From: Malacoraja senta
Lineage: Eukaryota
Reading direction: 5' to 3'
Length of the DNA: 64,000 bases
Assembly (NCBI GenBank): GCA_038087875.1
Contig: CM075989.1
Coordinates: 11,596,001-11,660,000, forward strand
The position numbers and the translations under genes were made by a program. The notes below the pieces were generated by a model. That model saw nothing but the letters and a program-made list of their open reading frames with translations. It searched no databases and was not told the DNA's origin. Shown here one piece after another: positions 27,181 through 41,669 of this stretch (positions are counted from its first letter, which is position 1; every line of letters starts with the position of its first letter).

Positions 27181-29569
27181 AGGTTAGTATCACAGCAACT
27201 GTTTCCTTTTTTCATTGCATGAAAGCATTTCATTCAGACATCATTAAGATGCGAAATAGTCAAGTTGAAACAAAGGCAAGGAAATTTCAAAAATGCAAAA
27301 ATAAATCATTGTAAATCATAAACATCAGGGAATCAATGTCTTGAAATTTACAGTCAATGTGAAGTAACAGAAAGTCATCAACATCCTTTCAAATAGTTCC
27401 TTAAAAATGATCTGGCAAAACTGTGGCAAGAACCTCTGCTTTCCCAGACTTCTGATTGGTTCAGGCACAGGTTGAAGAGGATCCCTACAAGTCCAAGCTT
27501 GCAAAGCTACCCAACTCTCATAGACAAAGGAAGAGATTCATTCATTTTAATTTAAGTTTTAACCATTTTACAACATACTAAAGATTGAAGCATAGTAATT
27601 AAAACAGAAGCTGTACTATCAGAAAGGAAAACAAATATAAATATCCCTTACAGTAAATTATTTTTAAGGTAATTCAAATACACACACAATTTATTATTTT
27701 AGGACCAGAGAATTTGTTGTAATATTTCCCTGGTATATTAAAAAGACACTGGGTCAACCAAGTGGAACAAGGAAACTAATTAAATACAGACTGAAACATA
27801 CAGTGGATTATAAAATGGTGGACATCAAGGGAGAAATTAAACTTTGCCAAATACACAAGCTATTCAAAAGTACAATTGGATAAAAGCATAAAGACCAAAA
27901 CTGCATTGGTTTAACAAATGGGAGATTTATCAGAACAACTAATTTATATATTCTGTGTTGCAGGCCCTTATTCCATAAGAACTGTTTGTAACCCAAACAG
28001 TTCACAAGTCAGAAATGCACCACCTACCAACATTTAAGCCAAAGCGTTTGGAAATGTAACAGGTTAGGTTAGGTATCATGTAACATAGCAGATGGTGCCC
28101 GCAGTCCTGTAGCAGCAACAAATCCATCTTGTTCGTCTCCAAAATGCTCATTTGTATGCATAGCTTGCACATAAGGCAGGCATTGGAAGGACCTCTAGAG
28201 CTGCCCACCTTTTATTACAGTCATTCTGACAGAAAAAGTTGACAATGGGCAATGACTACAATGGTGCCAATACAAGTATAGTTATGTAAAGAATTAAAAC
28301 AATGAGATGATTTTCATTGGAACAGAGTATAAGGCAATTTAATGGAGCTTGTGAAAATAATGAGAGCATTTGAATTATTAATTCCCATAACCAGTGAAGA
28401 TATCAGCAATTTAAAAGTACTAAGAATAAGGAAAGAGTTGTTATAAACAATGGCATTCCAGTACGTAGCTGATCTAAAAGCATTACATCACCGGGGAAAA
28501 TTAATTACAAACCTTTGGATTACACTAAAATACAGGGCTGCGAGGGAAGGGCAGTGGGATTAGTTTGACTTGCTCCTTTTCTATGAATGTTCAAGTGAGA
28601 CCAATTTATGATGCAGGTTATTCTACCAACATTAATTCCTCTCAAAAGTCCATTACATATTCTGGAAGAGCAAGGTACAGAATAAAACACGTTTTAAATT
28701 CCAAGTTTAAAAAAAGTTACTCCAAAAGACCAATACCCCCTTAGAATGCTGAAAAATTGAGCTCATAAAGAGGCCTTGAGAGTTCTGTTTTTGTTACAGT
28801 TAGCACAAGACCAAATTAAAGGTACTAGTGCCCTCTTCACTGATTAATGCATGGCCTTCCCCATGGAATAATATTTCGCCTTCATGTATTGCAAATATCC
28901 AACTCCATTCAAGTCCCAGGGTAGCAACCACATTGGCCCTGGCAGCTAATACATAGTCCATCATGTTCGACAAAAAAAGTTACCAAATTGGGGCCTCGCA
29001 TTCAGGAATAAAAAGTTTCTACAGTTCAATCACTGAGTCTTAAGTAGATAAACTATATGTAAAAGAAATATCAGTCTGAGTGTGAACAAGTACATCCATA
29101 TCATCTAGCAATAATCCCAGGCAGATATATTATTGGCTCAGACCCAGATATGGGATTGTCAGTGAATGATTAACTCTCGGAAACTATAATCTATACCATG
29201 TCTAATATAGAATATAAATGGTGCTATATTTCTATTTTGCACACTTAGAATGAAATATTAAACAACAAATGAGTAATTCATTAAAGTCAGGAACTCGAGT
29301 AAGAGGAAATTTAATGTGGAAAAAATATTTCTACCAGTTCAACTACAAATAAATGACAAGGGAATAGTCTGTCCCTTAACCTCCAAATACAGTGAATGAA
29401 AAGGCAACAAGAGATGAGGAATTAGTTTTTAATCCCCTAAAGTTTGCGACTACTGTGTGTGACCCTCCATTGCACTCTCAGAAATCAAGCATACGTTCCC
29501 TTCAATTTTTGTTCAATCTAGGTCAAGACAAGGAAGGTTTTGTTAGTCAAAAAACAATAGACAATAGAC

Positions 29570-30020
29570 ACCCAGCTTTGTGTCATCTGCAAATTTGCTA
29601 ATGTTACTTTGAATCCCTTCATCTAAATCATTGGTATATTGTAAATAGCTGCGGTCCCAGCACCGAACCTTGTGGTACCTCACTAGACACTGCCTGCCAT
29701 TCTGAAAGGGACCCATTAATCCCTACTCTTTGTTTCCTGTCTGCAAACCAATTTTCTATCCATGTCTGCACTCTACCCCCAATACCATGTGCCCTAATTT
29801 TGCCCACTAATCTCCTATGTGGGACCTTATCAAATGCTTTCTGAAAGTCCAGGTACACTACATCCACTGGCTCTCCCTTGTCCATTTTCCTAGTTACATC
29901 CTCAAAAAATTCCAGAAGATTAGTCAAGCATGATTTCCCCTTTGTAAATCCACACTGACTCGGCCCGATCCTGTTACTGCTATCCAAATATGCCGCTATT
30001 TCATCTTTTATAATTGACAA
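29570..30020 (-). mobile_element. CR1 LINE RT fragment
   Basis: GFTKGKSCLTNLLEFFEDVT...YLDFQKAFDKVPH...VPQGSVLGPQLF; highly similar to the 61.6-kb copy. Confidence 0.92.
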
Positions 30021-30119
30021 AAGGCTGGAGGGACTCAGTGGGTCAGGCAGCATTTGTGGAGAGAATGGGCAGACAACATTTTGGGTCAGGATCCTTCTGC
30101 TTGGAGAAGGGGTGATAAA

Positions 30120-31190
30120 GCTGAAGGTAGACAAAAATGCTGGAGAAACTCAGCGGGTGAGGCAGCATCTATGGAGCGAAGGAATAGGTGACGTTTCGGG
30201 TCGAGACCCTTCTTCAGACTGATGAAGGGGTGGGGGGCTGGAAGAAGCAGAGACAGTGGGTAGTGGGAGAGCTGGCAAGGGGGGGGAAGGAGGGAGAAAG
30301 CAAGGACTACCTGAAATTGGAGAAGTCAATGTTCATACCGCTGTGGTGTAAACCAAGCAAAATATGAGGTGCTGCTCCTCCAATTTGCAGTGGGACTCAC
30401 TCTGGCCATGGAGGAGGCCCAGGGCAGAAAGGTCGGATACAGAATGGGAGGGGGAGTTGAAGTGCTGAGCCACTGGGAGATTGGGTTGGTTAATGCAAAC
30501 TGTGCGGAGGTGTTGGGCGAAGCGATCGCCAAGCCTGCGCTTGGTCTCACCGATGAAGAGCAGTTGACACCTAGAGCAGCGGATGCAATAGATGAGGTGC
30601 AGGTGAACCTCTGCCTCACCTGGAAAGACTGCTTGGATCCTTGGATGGAGTCGAGGGGGGGAGGTAAAGCGGCAAGTGTAGCATTTCCTGCGGTTGCAAG
30701 GGAAAGTACCAGGGGAGGGGGTAGTTTGGGTGGGAAGGGACGAATTGACCAGTGAGTTATGGAGGGAGCGGTCTCCGCAGAAAGCCAAAAGGGGAGGAGA
30801 TGGGAAGATGTGGCCAGTGGCGGGATCCCATTGGAGGTGGCGAAAATGTCAGAGGATTATCTGTTGTATGTGACGGCTGGTAGGGTGGAAGGTGAGGACG
30901 GGGGGGGGGGATGTTTTACAAGTCCTTGTTATGAGTGGGGGGAATGGGGAGTGAGAGCAGAGCTACGGGATGTAGAAGAGACCCTGGTGAGAGCTTCATC
31001 TATAGTCAAAGAGGGGGACCCCCGTTCCCTAAAGAATGAGGACATCTCCGATGCCCTGGTTTGGAACACCTCATCCTGGGTGCAGATGCGGCGCAGACGG
31101 AGGATTTGGGACTAGGGGATAGAGTCCTTACAGGAAGCAGGGTAGGAAGAAGTGTAGTCCAGATAGTCATGGGAGTCAGTGGGTTTGTAG
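30120..31190 (-). mobile_element. Penelope-like element (RT C-terminus, GIY-YIG endonuclease, terminal repeat with hammerhead motif)
   Basis: PGTFPCNRRKCYTC, IYCIRCSRCQLLFIGETKRRLGDRFAQH and KLEEQHLIFCL motifs; hammerhead motif at 30190-30217. Confidence 0.9.
30190..30217 (-). ncRNA. Minimal type-I hammerhead ribozyme motif (candidate) in a Penelope terminal repeat
   Basis: CUGAAGA-A-GGGU(CUCG)ACCC-GAAA-CG-UC. Confidence 0.65.
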
Positions 31191-32819
31191 TAGAAAAAGC
31201 TGTAGTAGATAATGCTGGAAGAGGTCGAGGTGGGGCAAATCCTGACCAGTGACATGTGAATACATATTGGGGGGGGGGGGGGAGTGTGATTGGCAGATGG
31301 GTGAAGATAGTTACAAAGGCTAGAGGTGAAAAGACCAGGGTTGAGGGGAAGGGGGTGGCAGGGGCAGAGATTGGATAAAAGTGAAATGTGGGACTCGGGT
31401 TAGGAGATGAATGAATGGAGTGGAACGGAGCAAGGTGACTTGGGTGTGCGAGAAATGTGTGCACAAGAGAGGAGAGGTAGGGGAGTATTCTTTGAAATTG
31501 GAAAATTCAATGCTTATGCCATTGGGTTGCAAGCCATCCAAGGGGCATGCAAGGTGCTGTTCATCTGGTTTGCATGTGACCTCACTCTGGCAAAGCAGAT
31601 AGAAATAAGCAGCGCAAGGGTGGAGAACCATAGAGTTGGAGGCTGTGAGGGGAGATAAGATCTGGAGATGGTGACCCAGTGTTCGCCAGCGAGGTCATGG
31701 TCAAGTGGTGGGCATGAGGAAGTGTCCGAGAACTGACACCTAACCTCAGCATGGAGGGGGTCATTCTGTCAGACTACAAAAGCCACTCCCTTTTTTGCTC
31801 ATGCTCAGACTCACCATCTTCACCTTTTACATAAAAAGTTTCTCATCACTTTAAAATGTGTTTTTTATATTTACAATTTCAAACGAGCAGACTAAACTGA
31901 TGATCATTTGAATAAACCCAAAATACACAGGTGTTGTTCCCATAATCAACCGACAAGCACAAAATGATCCAACTACTTATTGCCACTTCTGGAACTATAC
32001 TTCCTAAATAAATGAAAACACTTAACTAATAAGAGAAATGCATCAAATATTCCCCTAACTTCCTTTAAATTGCTTTGAATCATTTATGTGATTGAATATA
32101 ACCAAGTTAATAAAATTAAATTTCTTTATCACTTACTTCATGTCCCACACTATTTTCAAGCTGTTAAAGCAATTCCAGGAGAATAAAACTTTGCTAATGT
32201 TCCACATACAAATCAAAATGTCAATTTTTAATCACATTCTTGGCATAGTGGATTTGTTTAGAATGCAACATCTCTGCAGAAACTAGTTCGAATTACTTTT
32301 TTAGCATCAGGTCATTTATTGGTTTACAGTAAAATATGGGAATAGGCAGGAAAATTATGTTAAGATAGAAGCTGTCAGGTTTGAGAGGATGAATGGCCTA
32401 CTCTTGCTCCTATTTCTTCATTTCATGATATGTTCAGGTTTATTGTGTTATCAAGCTACTCCAACAAATCAAAATTGTCATTGATCAGATATCAGGCAGA
32501 AGTGAACTATTGATATAATGTTACACACTGCAGGGTATAAATAGGTGTGTACTCTTTGCATTTATTTTATAACCTATCTATCACCTGCAGCTCGTGCTGA
32601 CATGTTACAATCTTTGACTCTATTCATTTTATGGTAGCAGAGCATTAGAAGAAATTCAGTTTGTGGAACAAGGAAATATACAAATCATTTGGTATTTAGA
32701 TGTGGCAACTACATCTTCCAACAGGTGGATTACCTTTCATAAAGCCTATCCCAAAGTTATATTTTCTTTGCTTTCTCATTGCACTGCAACAGGCACTTGG
32801 TAATATAGCCTGCTCACAT

Positions 32820-35600
32820 TAGAGTGATACAGTTTGGAAACATGCCCTTTGGCCCAACTCACCCACACCAGCCAACAATGCCCCAGCTACACTAGTCCCA
32901 CTTGCCTGCGTTTGGTTCATATCCCTCCAAACCTGTCCTATCTATGTACCTGTCTAGCTGTTTCTTAAACGATGAGGTAGTCCCAGCTTCAATTAGACTG
33001 TGCATTTACCCAATCTATTCCACTCATGATTTTGTATACCTCTATAAGATCTCCCCTCATCCTCCTGCGCTCCATGGAATAAACTCTCTCTATAGCTCAC
33101 ACCCTCTAGTCCTGGCAACATCCTCATAAATCTTTTCTGAACCTTTTCAAACTTGATAATATCTTTCCTATAACATGGTGTCCAGAACTGAAAACAATAT
33201 TCTAAATACAGTCTCACCAATGTCTAAGACAACTGCAACACGACCTCCCAACTTCTATACTCAATATTCTGATTGGTGATGCCCAAAGAGCCATAAGCCT
33301 TTTTGACCACCTTATCTACCTGCAACTCGACCTTCAAGGAACCATGCACCTGTATGCCTAGATCCCCGTGCTCTACACTACCCAGAAGCCTACCATTTAC
33401 TGTGTAGGTCATGCCCTTGTTCAACATTCCAAAATGCAACACCTCACTTCTCTGTATTAAATTCCATCAACCATTCCTCTGCCACCTGGCCAATCGATCC
33501 AGATCCTGCCCCAATTGTTCACAACCATCTTCACTATCTGGAAAACCACTAACTTTTGTATCAGCAAACTTGCTAATCTTGCCCTGTATGTTCTCATCCA
33601 AATCATTGATGTAGATGACAAACAGTAATGGGCCTAGCACCAAACCCTGAGGCACACTAGTCACAGGCATCCAGTCTGCGAAGCAACCTCCACCATTAAC
33701 CTCTGCTTCTTTCCATGGAGCCAATTTGCTATCCATTCAGTTATCTCTCCTTGGATCCCATGCGATCTAACCTTCCAGAGCAGCCTACCATGTGGAACCT
33801 TGTCGAACACCTTACTGAAGTCCATGTGCACAACATCTACAGCTCTGTCCTCAACCTTTTTTGGTCACGTCTTCAAAAAAAATCAATCAGATTTTTGAGA
33901 CACGACCTCCCACGTACAAAACCATGCTGACTCTCTCTAATCAGCCCTTGCCCATCCAAATGCCTGTATAACCTATCCCTCAGAATACTCTCCAGTAACT
34001 TACCAACTACAGATGTTAAGTTCACCGGCCTACGGTTCCCAGCATTTTCCCTGCAGCCCTTCTTGAAAAGAGATACAACAATTGCCACCCTTCAGCCTTC
34101 CGGCACCTCTCCTGTACTTAAGGACGACTCGTAAATTTCAACCAGGGCTCACACAACTTCCTCTCTAGTTTCCCACAATGTCTTCGGATATATCAGAACA
34201 GGCCCTGGAGATTTGTCTACCTTCAAACACGACAGTACCTTCAGTACTTTTTCAGCAGTAACCCCGACTGCTCTCCAGACACTACCAGTGACAGCTCCAA
34301 TTTCCTCCATCCTATTGTCTTTCTCCTCGGTAAATACAGAGGATAAATACACATTTAGGACCTTGCCCATCTCTTGTGGCTCCAGACAGGTGACCGCTTT
34401 GATTCCCGAGAGGTCCCACTCTCTCTCTAGTTACCCTTTTCCCCCTTAAGTATTTATAAAATATTTTGGGATTGTCCTTAATACTACCCGCCAGAGCTAT
34501 CTCCTGGCCCCCTTTTGCCCTTCTGATTTCCTTTTTTAGTTTACTCCTTAGTTCCCGAAACTCCTATAGGGATGCACTTGATCCCAGCTGTCTATACCTG
34601 TCACATGCATCCTTCTTGTTTTTGACTAACGTCTCAATTTCCCTCGTCAGTCAAGCTTCCGTACGTTTGCCTGTTTTGCCCTTCGCTCTAATGGGGACGT
34701 ACACATCTTGAGCTCTCTTCAGTACACTTTTAAAAACATCCCACTTGGTCAATGTCCTTTCCCCTCTAATAACATACTCCAGTCAACTTGAGCGAGACCT
34801 TCTCTCATACCCTCAAAGTTGGCCTTACCCCACCCAGTTGAGCATTTCAACATGTGGATCCTCTCTGTCCCTATCCATAACTATCTTAAACCTAATTGAA
34901 CTGTGGTCCACTGGTCCAAAAAGGCTCCTCCACACACACTTCATTAACTTGCCCTTCCCAATTTCCCAATACTAGATCCAGCGTTGGCCTCTCACATGTG
35001 GGGGCCTCCACATACTGCTTAAAACTCTCCTGAACACTTGAGGAATTGCACCCCATCTGAACCCTTCGTGCTATGATTTTCCCAGTCTATATTGGGACAG
35101 TTATAAACCCCTACTATAACAACCTTATTTGACCTGCAGCTAGCTGTCGGCAATCTCCCGGTGCATTTGTTCTTCTAACTCCCCTTGACTATTCTGCGAT
35201 CTGCAGTACACCCCCAACAAGGTGATCATCCCTTTCTTGTTCCTCAGTTCCACCCATATAGCCTCACTAGACAAACCATCCGTAATGTCACCTCTGAACA
35301 CAGCCGTTTGCACATTCTCCCCATGACCACGTGGGTTTTCTCTGAGATCTTCGGTTTCCTCCCACACGCCAAATACGTACAGGTTCGTAGGTTAATTGGG
35401 TGGTATAAATGTGAATTGTCAATTGTCCCTAGTGTGTGTAGATAGTGTTAATGTGCAGGGATTGCTGGTCAATGCAGACTCGGTGGGCTGAAGGGCCTAT
35501 TTCTGCGCTGTATCTCTAAACTTCTAGCCTCTCACTTACCTCTGTCCTGCACGAGATCCCACCCCCTTGCCAATCTAGTTTAAACCCACCCGTGTAACAT
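32820..35600 (-). mobile_element. CR1 LINE, about 2.8 kb, degraded, with a SINE inserted at about 35305-35522
   Basis: Successive ORF2 fragments: EAIWVELRNKKG (endonuclease), DKSPGP, QHGFVRGRSCL, PQGLVLGPLLF, SKFADT, LEYCFQFW; 3' UTR near 32830-32900. Confidence 0.9.
35305..35522 (+). mobile_element. V-SINE (HE1-like), 5'-truncated
   Basis: V-domain TTTGCACATTCTCCCC...CGGTTTCCTCCCACAC and GGGCTGAAGGGCC tail. Confidence 0.8.
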
Positions 35601-36272
35601 TCTATTTGTAGTGGTTTTTCCAAGGACAGATAACAAGATAATGCAGTCTCTGATGATTTCCCTTCATTCACACAATCATTCTATTCCTATGGGCATCACC
35701 TTCCCACACTCAGAATTTCAGAGTCATTTCCAATTTCAAATACCAATAGCAGAGACATTATCCACAGTTATTAATTCTACAACTGAATGTGTGTGTCACC
35801 ACCCACGCCTTCAAACACCAACAAACTAAATTAATGTCATTGCCTCCAATTAGACACATCTGGGTCAAAGATCAGCACATGGATATGCTTGGAACAGAGG
35901 GACATGAATTATATGTAGGTTGATAAGATTAGTTTATCTTGGTATCATGGTCTGTACAAACATTGTGGTCTGAAGGGCCAGTTCTTCTACTGTACATTTC
36001 TATGTTTTACATAAACCTGCTGCACTTTCAGTGCATGTAAAAGTATGAGCACCAAACATTTTCTGTAATAATTTGAGTAAAATGAATAATAAATATGCAA
36101 AGTAAAGCCACAGGTGAGTGTATTTCATGTGGGAGACACAGTAAGCCAGTTCCAACATGCCTTTTTTCAACCCTGGGTTCACAGGTTCAATTCCGTTGGT
36201 CTCAGAAGATGGACACAAAATGCTGGAGTAACTCAACAGGTCAGGCAGCATCGCTGGAGAAAAGGAATAGGT

Positions 36273-36300
36273 GACGTTTCGGGTCAAGACCCTTCATCAG
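36273..36300 (-). ncRNA. Minimal type-I hammerhead ribozyme motif (candidate)
   Basis: Minus strand reads CUGAUGA-A-GGGU(CUUG)ACCC-GAAA-CG-UC: intact core, 4-bp stem II, palindromic ACGU stem III, GUC cleavage triplet. Stem I is only about 2 bp. Confidence 0.65.
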
Positions 36301-36849
36301 ACGGTTGGTCTCAGATGGGTTCATAAGTGGGTGTACACCTATATTTTGTACCCGTGTGCCTAAGCCTATATAGATTTGGGCACAGCTAACACTCACCCGC
36401 CCCTTGCATTTGATGAATGGGTCCACACCAATATTAGGGTATTGGTGGATTAAGCGAACTAGGTGCATCCATGACAAGTGATGTGTATGATTGTACATGC
36501 TTCCTGTCACCACTTCAGATTCAACTTTATTGTCATTGTGCAGTGTACAGTACAGTTGAATCTGAAGTGGTGACAGGAAGCGGAAGCATGTACATGCTTC
36601 CTGTCACCACTTTACCCACCTTGCCTGGGTGTCTCACACCAATCTACCCACCATGTTCATAGTTCTAGGAGCAGAATTTGGCCATTCAGCCCATCAAGTT
36701 ACTCTGCTATTTAATATTGGATGATCTATCCGTCCCTCTCAACCCCATCTGGTTTTCCCCATAACCCCAGACTCACTAATCAAGTTTGAGTGTCTCACTC
36801 ACCCACTCCACCCACCGGGAAGAGGATGGTGTGCATGTACACAGGATCC

Positions 36850-37900
<1,051 letters not shown>

Positions 37901-40900
37901 CCGCATTCGTTGAACTTGGGGAAATGAATTGGTGTGATGGAGGATAAAGTATCAACAACAACATTGATATTTACCTTCCGTAAACGAATACATTTCTACC
38001 ACCTGCTTCCCCCTTGACTTGCATTTTACAATGTTCTCTTTGTAAACAATATTACATTGCTAAGAAAAACACACACAAAATGCTGGAGGAGTTCTGGCGT
38101 GCTGGCGGGTCAGGTAGCTTCTGCCGAGGGAAGGGACAGACGGCATCTCGGGTCGGGACCTTTCTTCAGGCTGCCCGTTTTATCGTTTTAAAAGATGTTG
38201 AGTCTTGGACGAACAATTAGCTACTTCCCATTTCATTTATTTCCAGTTCCAGGATATTATTTATTTAATCTTGATGTGTTCCTGTTAATTTACAGGATGT
38301 GATTGTCACTGGTATAGACTGTATTTATTACCCCTTTTCTAATTGCCCTTGAGAAGACAGAGTGAACTACATTCTCGAACCGCAGGTGCTTCCACAGTAC
38401 AATTGGGGAGGGAATTCCGGGGTTAATGATGATTAATAAATAGAGATATATTATCAAATCAGGATGATCTGTGTCTTGGAATCTGGTGACATCACCCAGT
38501 GAGCCCCAGGAAAATAACCTGCCATCCATCCCCAATCTGGTCTATGTGTGACTCCAATGTTATCAATCGGGTGATGTATTTGTCTCTTCAATGCTGGTGC
38601 AGTATAAAATAGATCAACCTAATGCTTAGATATGTATTCTGAATCTATCCCATTTAGCTAATTGAGAAATAAGGACCTGCAGATGCTGGTTAACATCCCA
38701 GGTCAAAGACCTTTCATCAGACCTGAAGATTCTTCAGTCTGCAATATTGGCTCTGCAAATACTTAATTCTTACTGTGTTTTGACATAATGGCTCTGATCT
38801 ACCTAGACTGAGCACTTGCTATACCATTTCAGAGAGAAATTCAGATTCTAATACACTGCTGCATATATTTCCTTCTCTAAAGCACATTAGTGAATGAACC
38901 AAGTGTATTTTCACGACATTCATTAGTTTCAATATCAGCATTACAATAAGAATGTTTTTTGATTCTAACTTTTTAAAACTAATTTAAGTACATTTAACTT
39001 CAGCTGTTTTGGAACACATTTTAATTAATATAAAAAATTCACCCTTGTATGTATTCTTGTTAAAGTTCATTAGGAAATCAAGAGCCAAGTGTATTATTGC
39101 CATATGTCCCGAAATGGAACAATTAAATTCTTACTTGTAGCAGCGCAAGTTCAACAGATTTGTAAACATTGTACACTGTATACATCATAATAAACAAAAA
39201 ACGTTCAGTGTATATATACATTTTAAAAAAAACAGTAATGCCCCCCAAGTCTATGTAGTTCAGAGCTGTGGGTCTCTGACAATGCTGGCTGTCTTTTTGA
39301 GGCAGCAACTATCATAGATCCCTTCGATGGTGGGAGGTCAGTACCCGTGATGGACTGGGCAGTGTTCAGCAATTCTTCACCTTTCTTCTGTAAAAATATC
39401 TTCACCGTTCTACTGAATGAAGCAGTGGTGGGTTCAAATTAAAGATTTTCTCAGTAGCTGGGCATCTTTAACTTTGAATTTCATGACTTCAATAAATGTA
39501 GTCCAGTCGGGTTTGTTGTCATATGCTCAAATACGATGAGGTACAGGTGCAATGAAAACGTTGCCTCTGCAGCAACATGACAGATACATAGATTCAGAGA
39601 GCACACAAAAATGTGAATTATACATAAATTACACATGTTCTACAAGTGTAAAGAAAAGGTCTGTGTAAAAACAAGACTTTCGTGCAAAGCACAATTAGTT
39701 AACATGTAAGGGAGTGCAGGTTCACTGTATTTGGGTCCACGTGACAATAATAAATCAGTATCAATATTGAATGTAGATTACAAGATTCTGCCCAAGTCCC
39801 TGTGTACGTTTGTCATGAAGGAGTGAAAAGGAATGCAATGATCTTTAGCAAGGTTTGTCCCAAGCAGCTTTGTAATGCAGTACTCTGTGCAGTTTTACAT
39901 GTTTTGCCTTTTGCACAGAAACATAGTGAGACAAATATTGAATGCTGCAAGAAAATCATCAACTCAGTGAAAGAAGAACTTTGGCCTGCTCGTAACATTT
40001 GTCTCCAAAGCATAGAGATGTCCACAACTGATTGCACATTCTATAGTGCGGGAGTGTGTGCTGAGGAATGCACTGAAGCCTGATGAAGCAACAATCTAGG
40101 GTCATGCGTCACTGGACATGGCAGGCCTGTCCCATGTACAGCTTCTCAAATGCTTCAAGGCTGCATCATTTAACAGTGAAACATTGGAAATGATGACTTT
40201 TTTTTAAGGAAATGTGCTGAATTGCTTGAATTTTTAAAAATGTTGTGTCCCAATTGCATTCACTGTACATATTGTGAAGATAATGTATTGTTGGGGGGAA
40301 ATAAAATGTGTGTCCTCGTGATCTCCAGATCAATAATGAATGTTTTAGCAACAACCCCCTGATTTTGCCTGGAGAAATCACATTAATGATGTGACTGCCA
40401 ACTGTTGCATGTGATAGCAACTTCTGAGTACCCTTGCAAGTGCAGAAGCCCTGAACTGCCATTAGTTATTTCTCAATAATAATTTAGAGCCCTGCGGCCA
40501 AATGCAAGAGCGTGAAGATTACACCAGATCATGCTTCAGGCCTCATCTAAACAAATTCAGGTGTACCACAGTAACAGTGGTTCTGAAAATAACAGCTGTG
40601 TTGACCCAGGAAGCTTTCAGTTAATGTACATATACAGTTAGTATTTTAGATTATTGACATGTTTTTAAAATGAATATAAATGTTTGCAGTGTTATTTTGT
40701 AAAACTAAATAATTTCATTTTTTTTTATAATTTGAAGGTTTGTAATTATTTTGAACGGATATGAGAAATATTCGGTAGTTCAAAGCCTTAACAGCTGGTT
40801 AATGGCGCATGACTTAGCTGGCTGTCAAAGAGCTTTGGGCAGTTTCATGGGCGGGCCTCGTTTTGGTTCACTCACTCCATGATTCTGCTGCCAGGCAGTG

Positions 40901-41669
40901 GTTTCCCCGTTGGATCAACTTGGGGTTGCAAGGTGTCATCTGGGATTGACTTACAAGTAAATCCGGATTTAATGCATTAGTCGGAGATGAGAACTGAGAA
41001 GCTCCCCTTCTTAGGAAATTCTGCTCAATTATTCAATAATTTCTTGATAGGAAATGAAGACATGAATACATTAAGTAGCTGCATTCATTTCCTATCCAAA
41101 TTAATTGACAAGATGGCTGGCGGAAGTCTAGGGATAATAACCTTGGACTTTTACTCCAGATTCCATCATGTCAGTTTTGAATTGAAAGATAACTGGAAGT
41201 GGAAAGTTTTTTGATTCTATGGCACATTTCAAAGAAGGTCTGGGGAGCTCCAGTCAGTCCAAAATTGGTCCCACCACCATAATTAAAAGGTATGGTTACG
41301 AATATGCTGCTTTATGTCAGAGTTTGCTGTATGTAAACTGCTCATTTCCCACATTATAACGGTGTCAATTCTACATTTAATTAATTCTGGTCCATTTCAG
41401 GCCAGTAACAGGGTCGGAGCCTCCAGTTTCCCTCAGGCTTTAGTTTCCTGTCCGAGTGTGGAGGGGGGAGGACTACAAGACGAGCTTTGCCGTTTTTAAT
41501 TATTAAACGACTGGTCAATTAAGCAATGTGATCGATTTCAAAGTTCTCATCCTTCTCTTCACTCGGCTTCCCTTCATATCTTTGTAATCTTCTCCAACCC
41601 TGTGACATTCTGAGATCTCAGTGTTCTTCTATTTCTGGCATCTTGATTTCCTTGAAATGAATCTCATAC

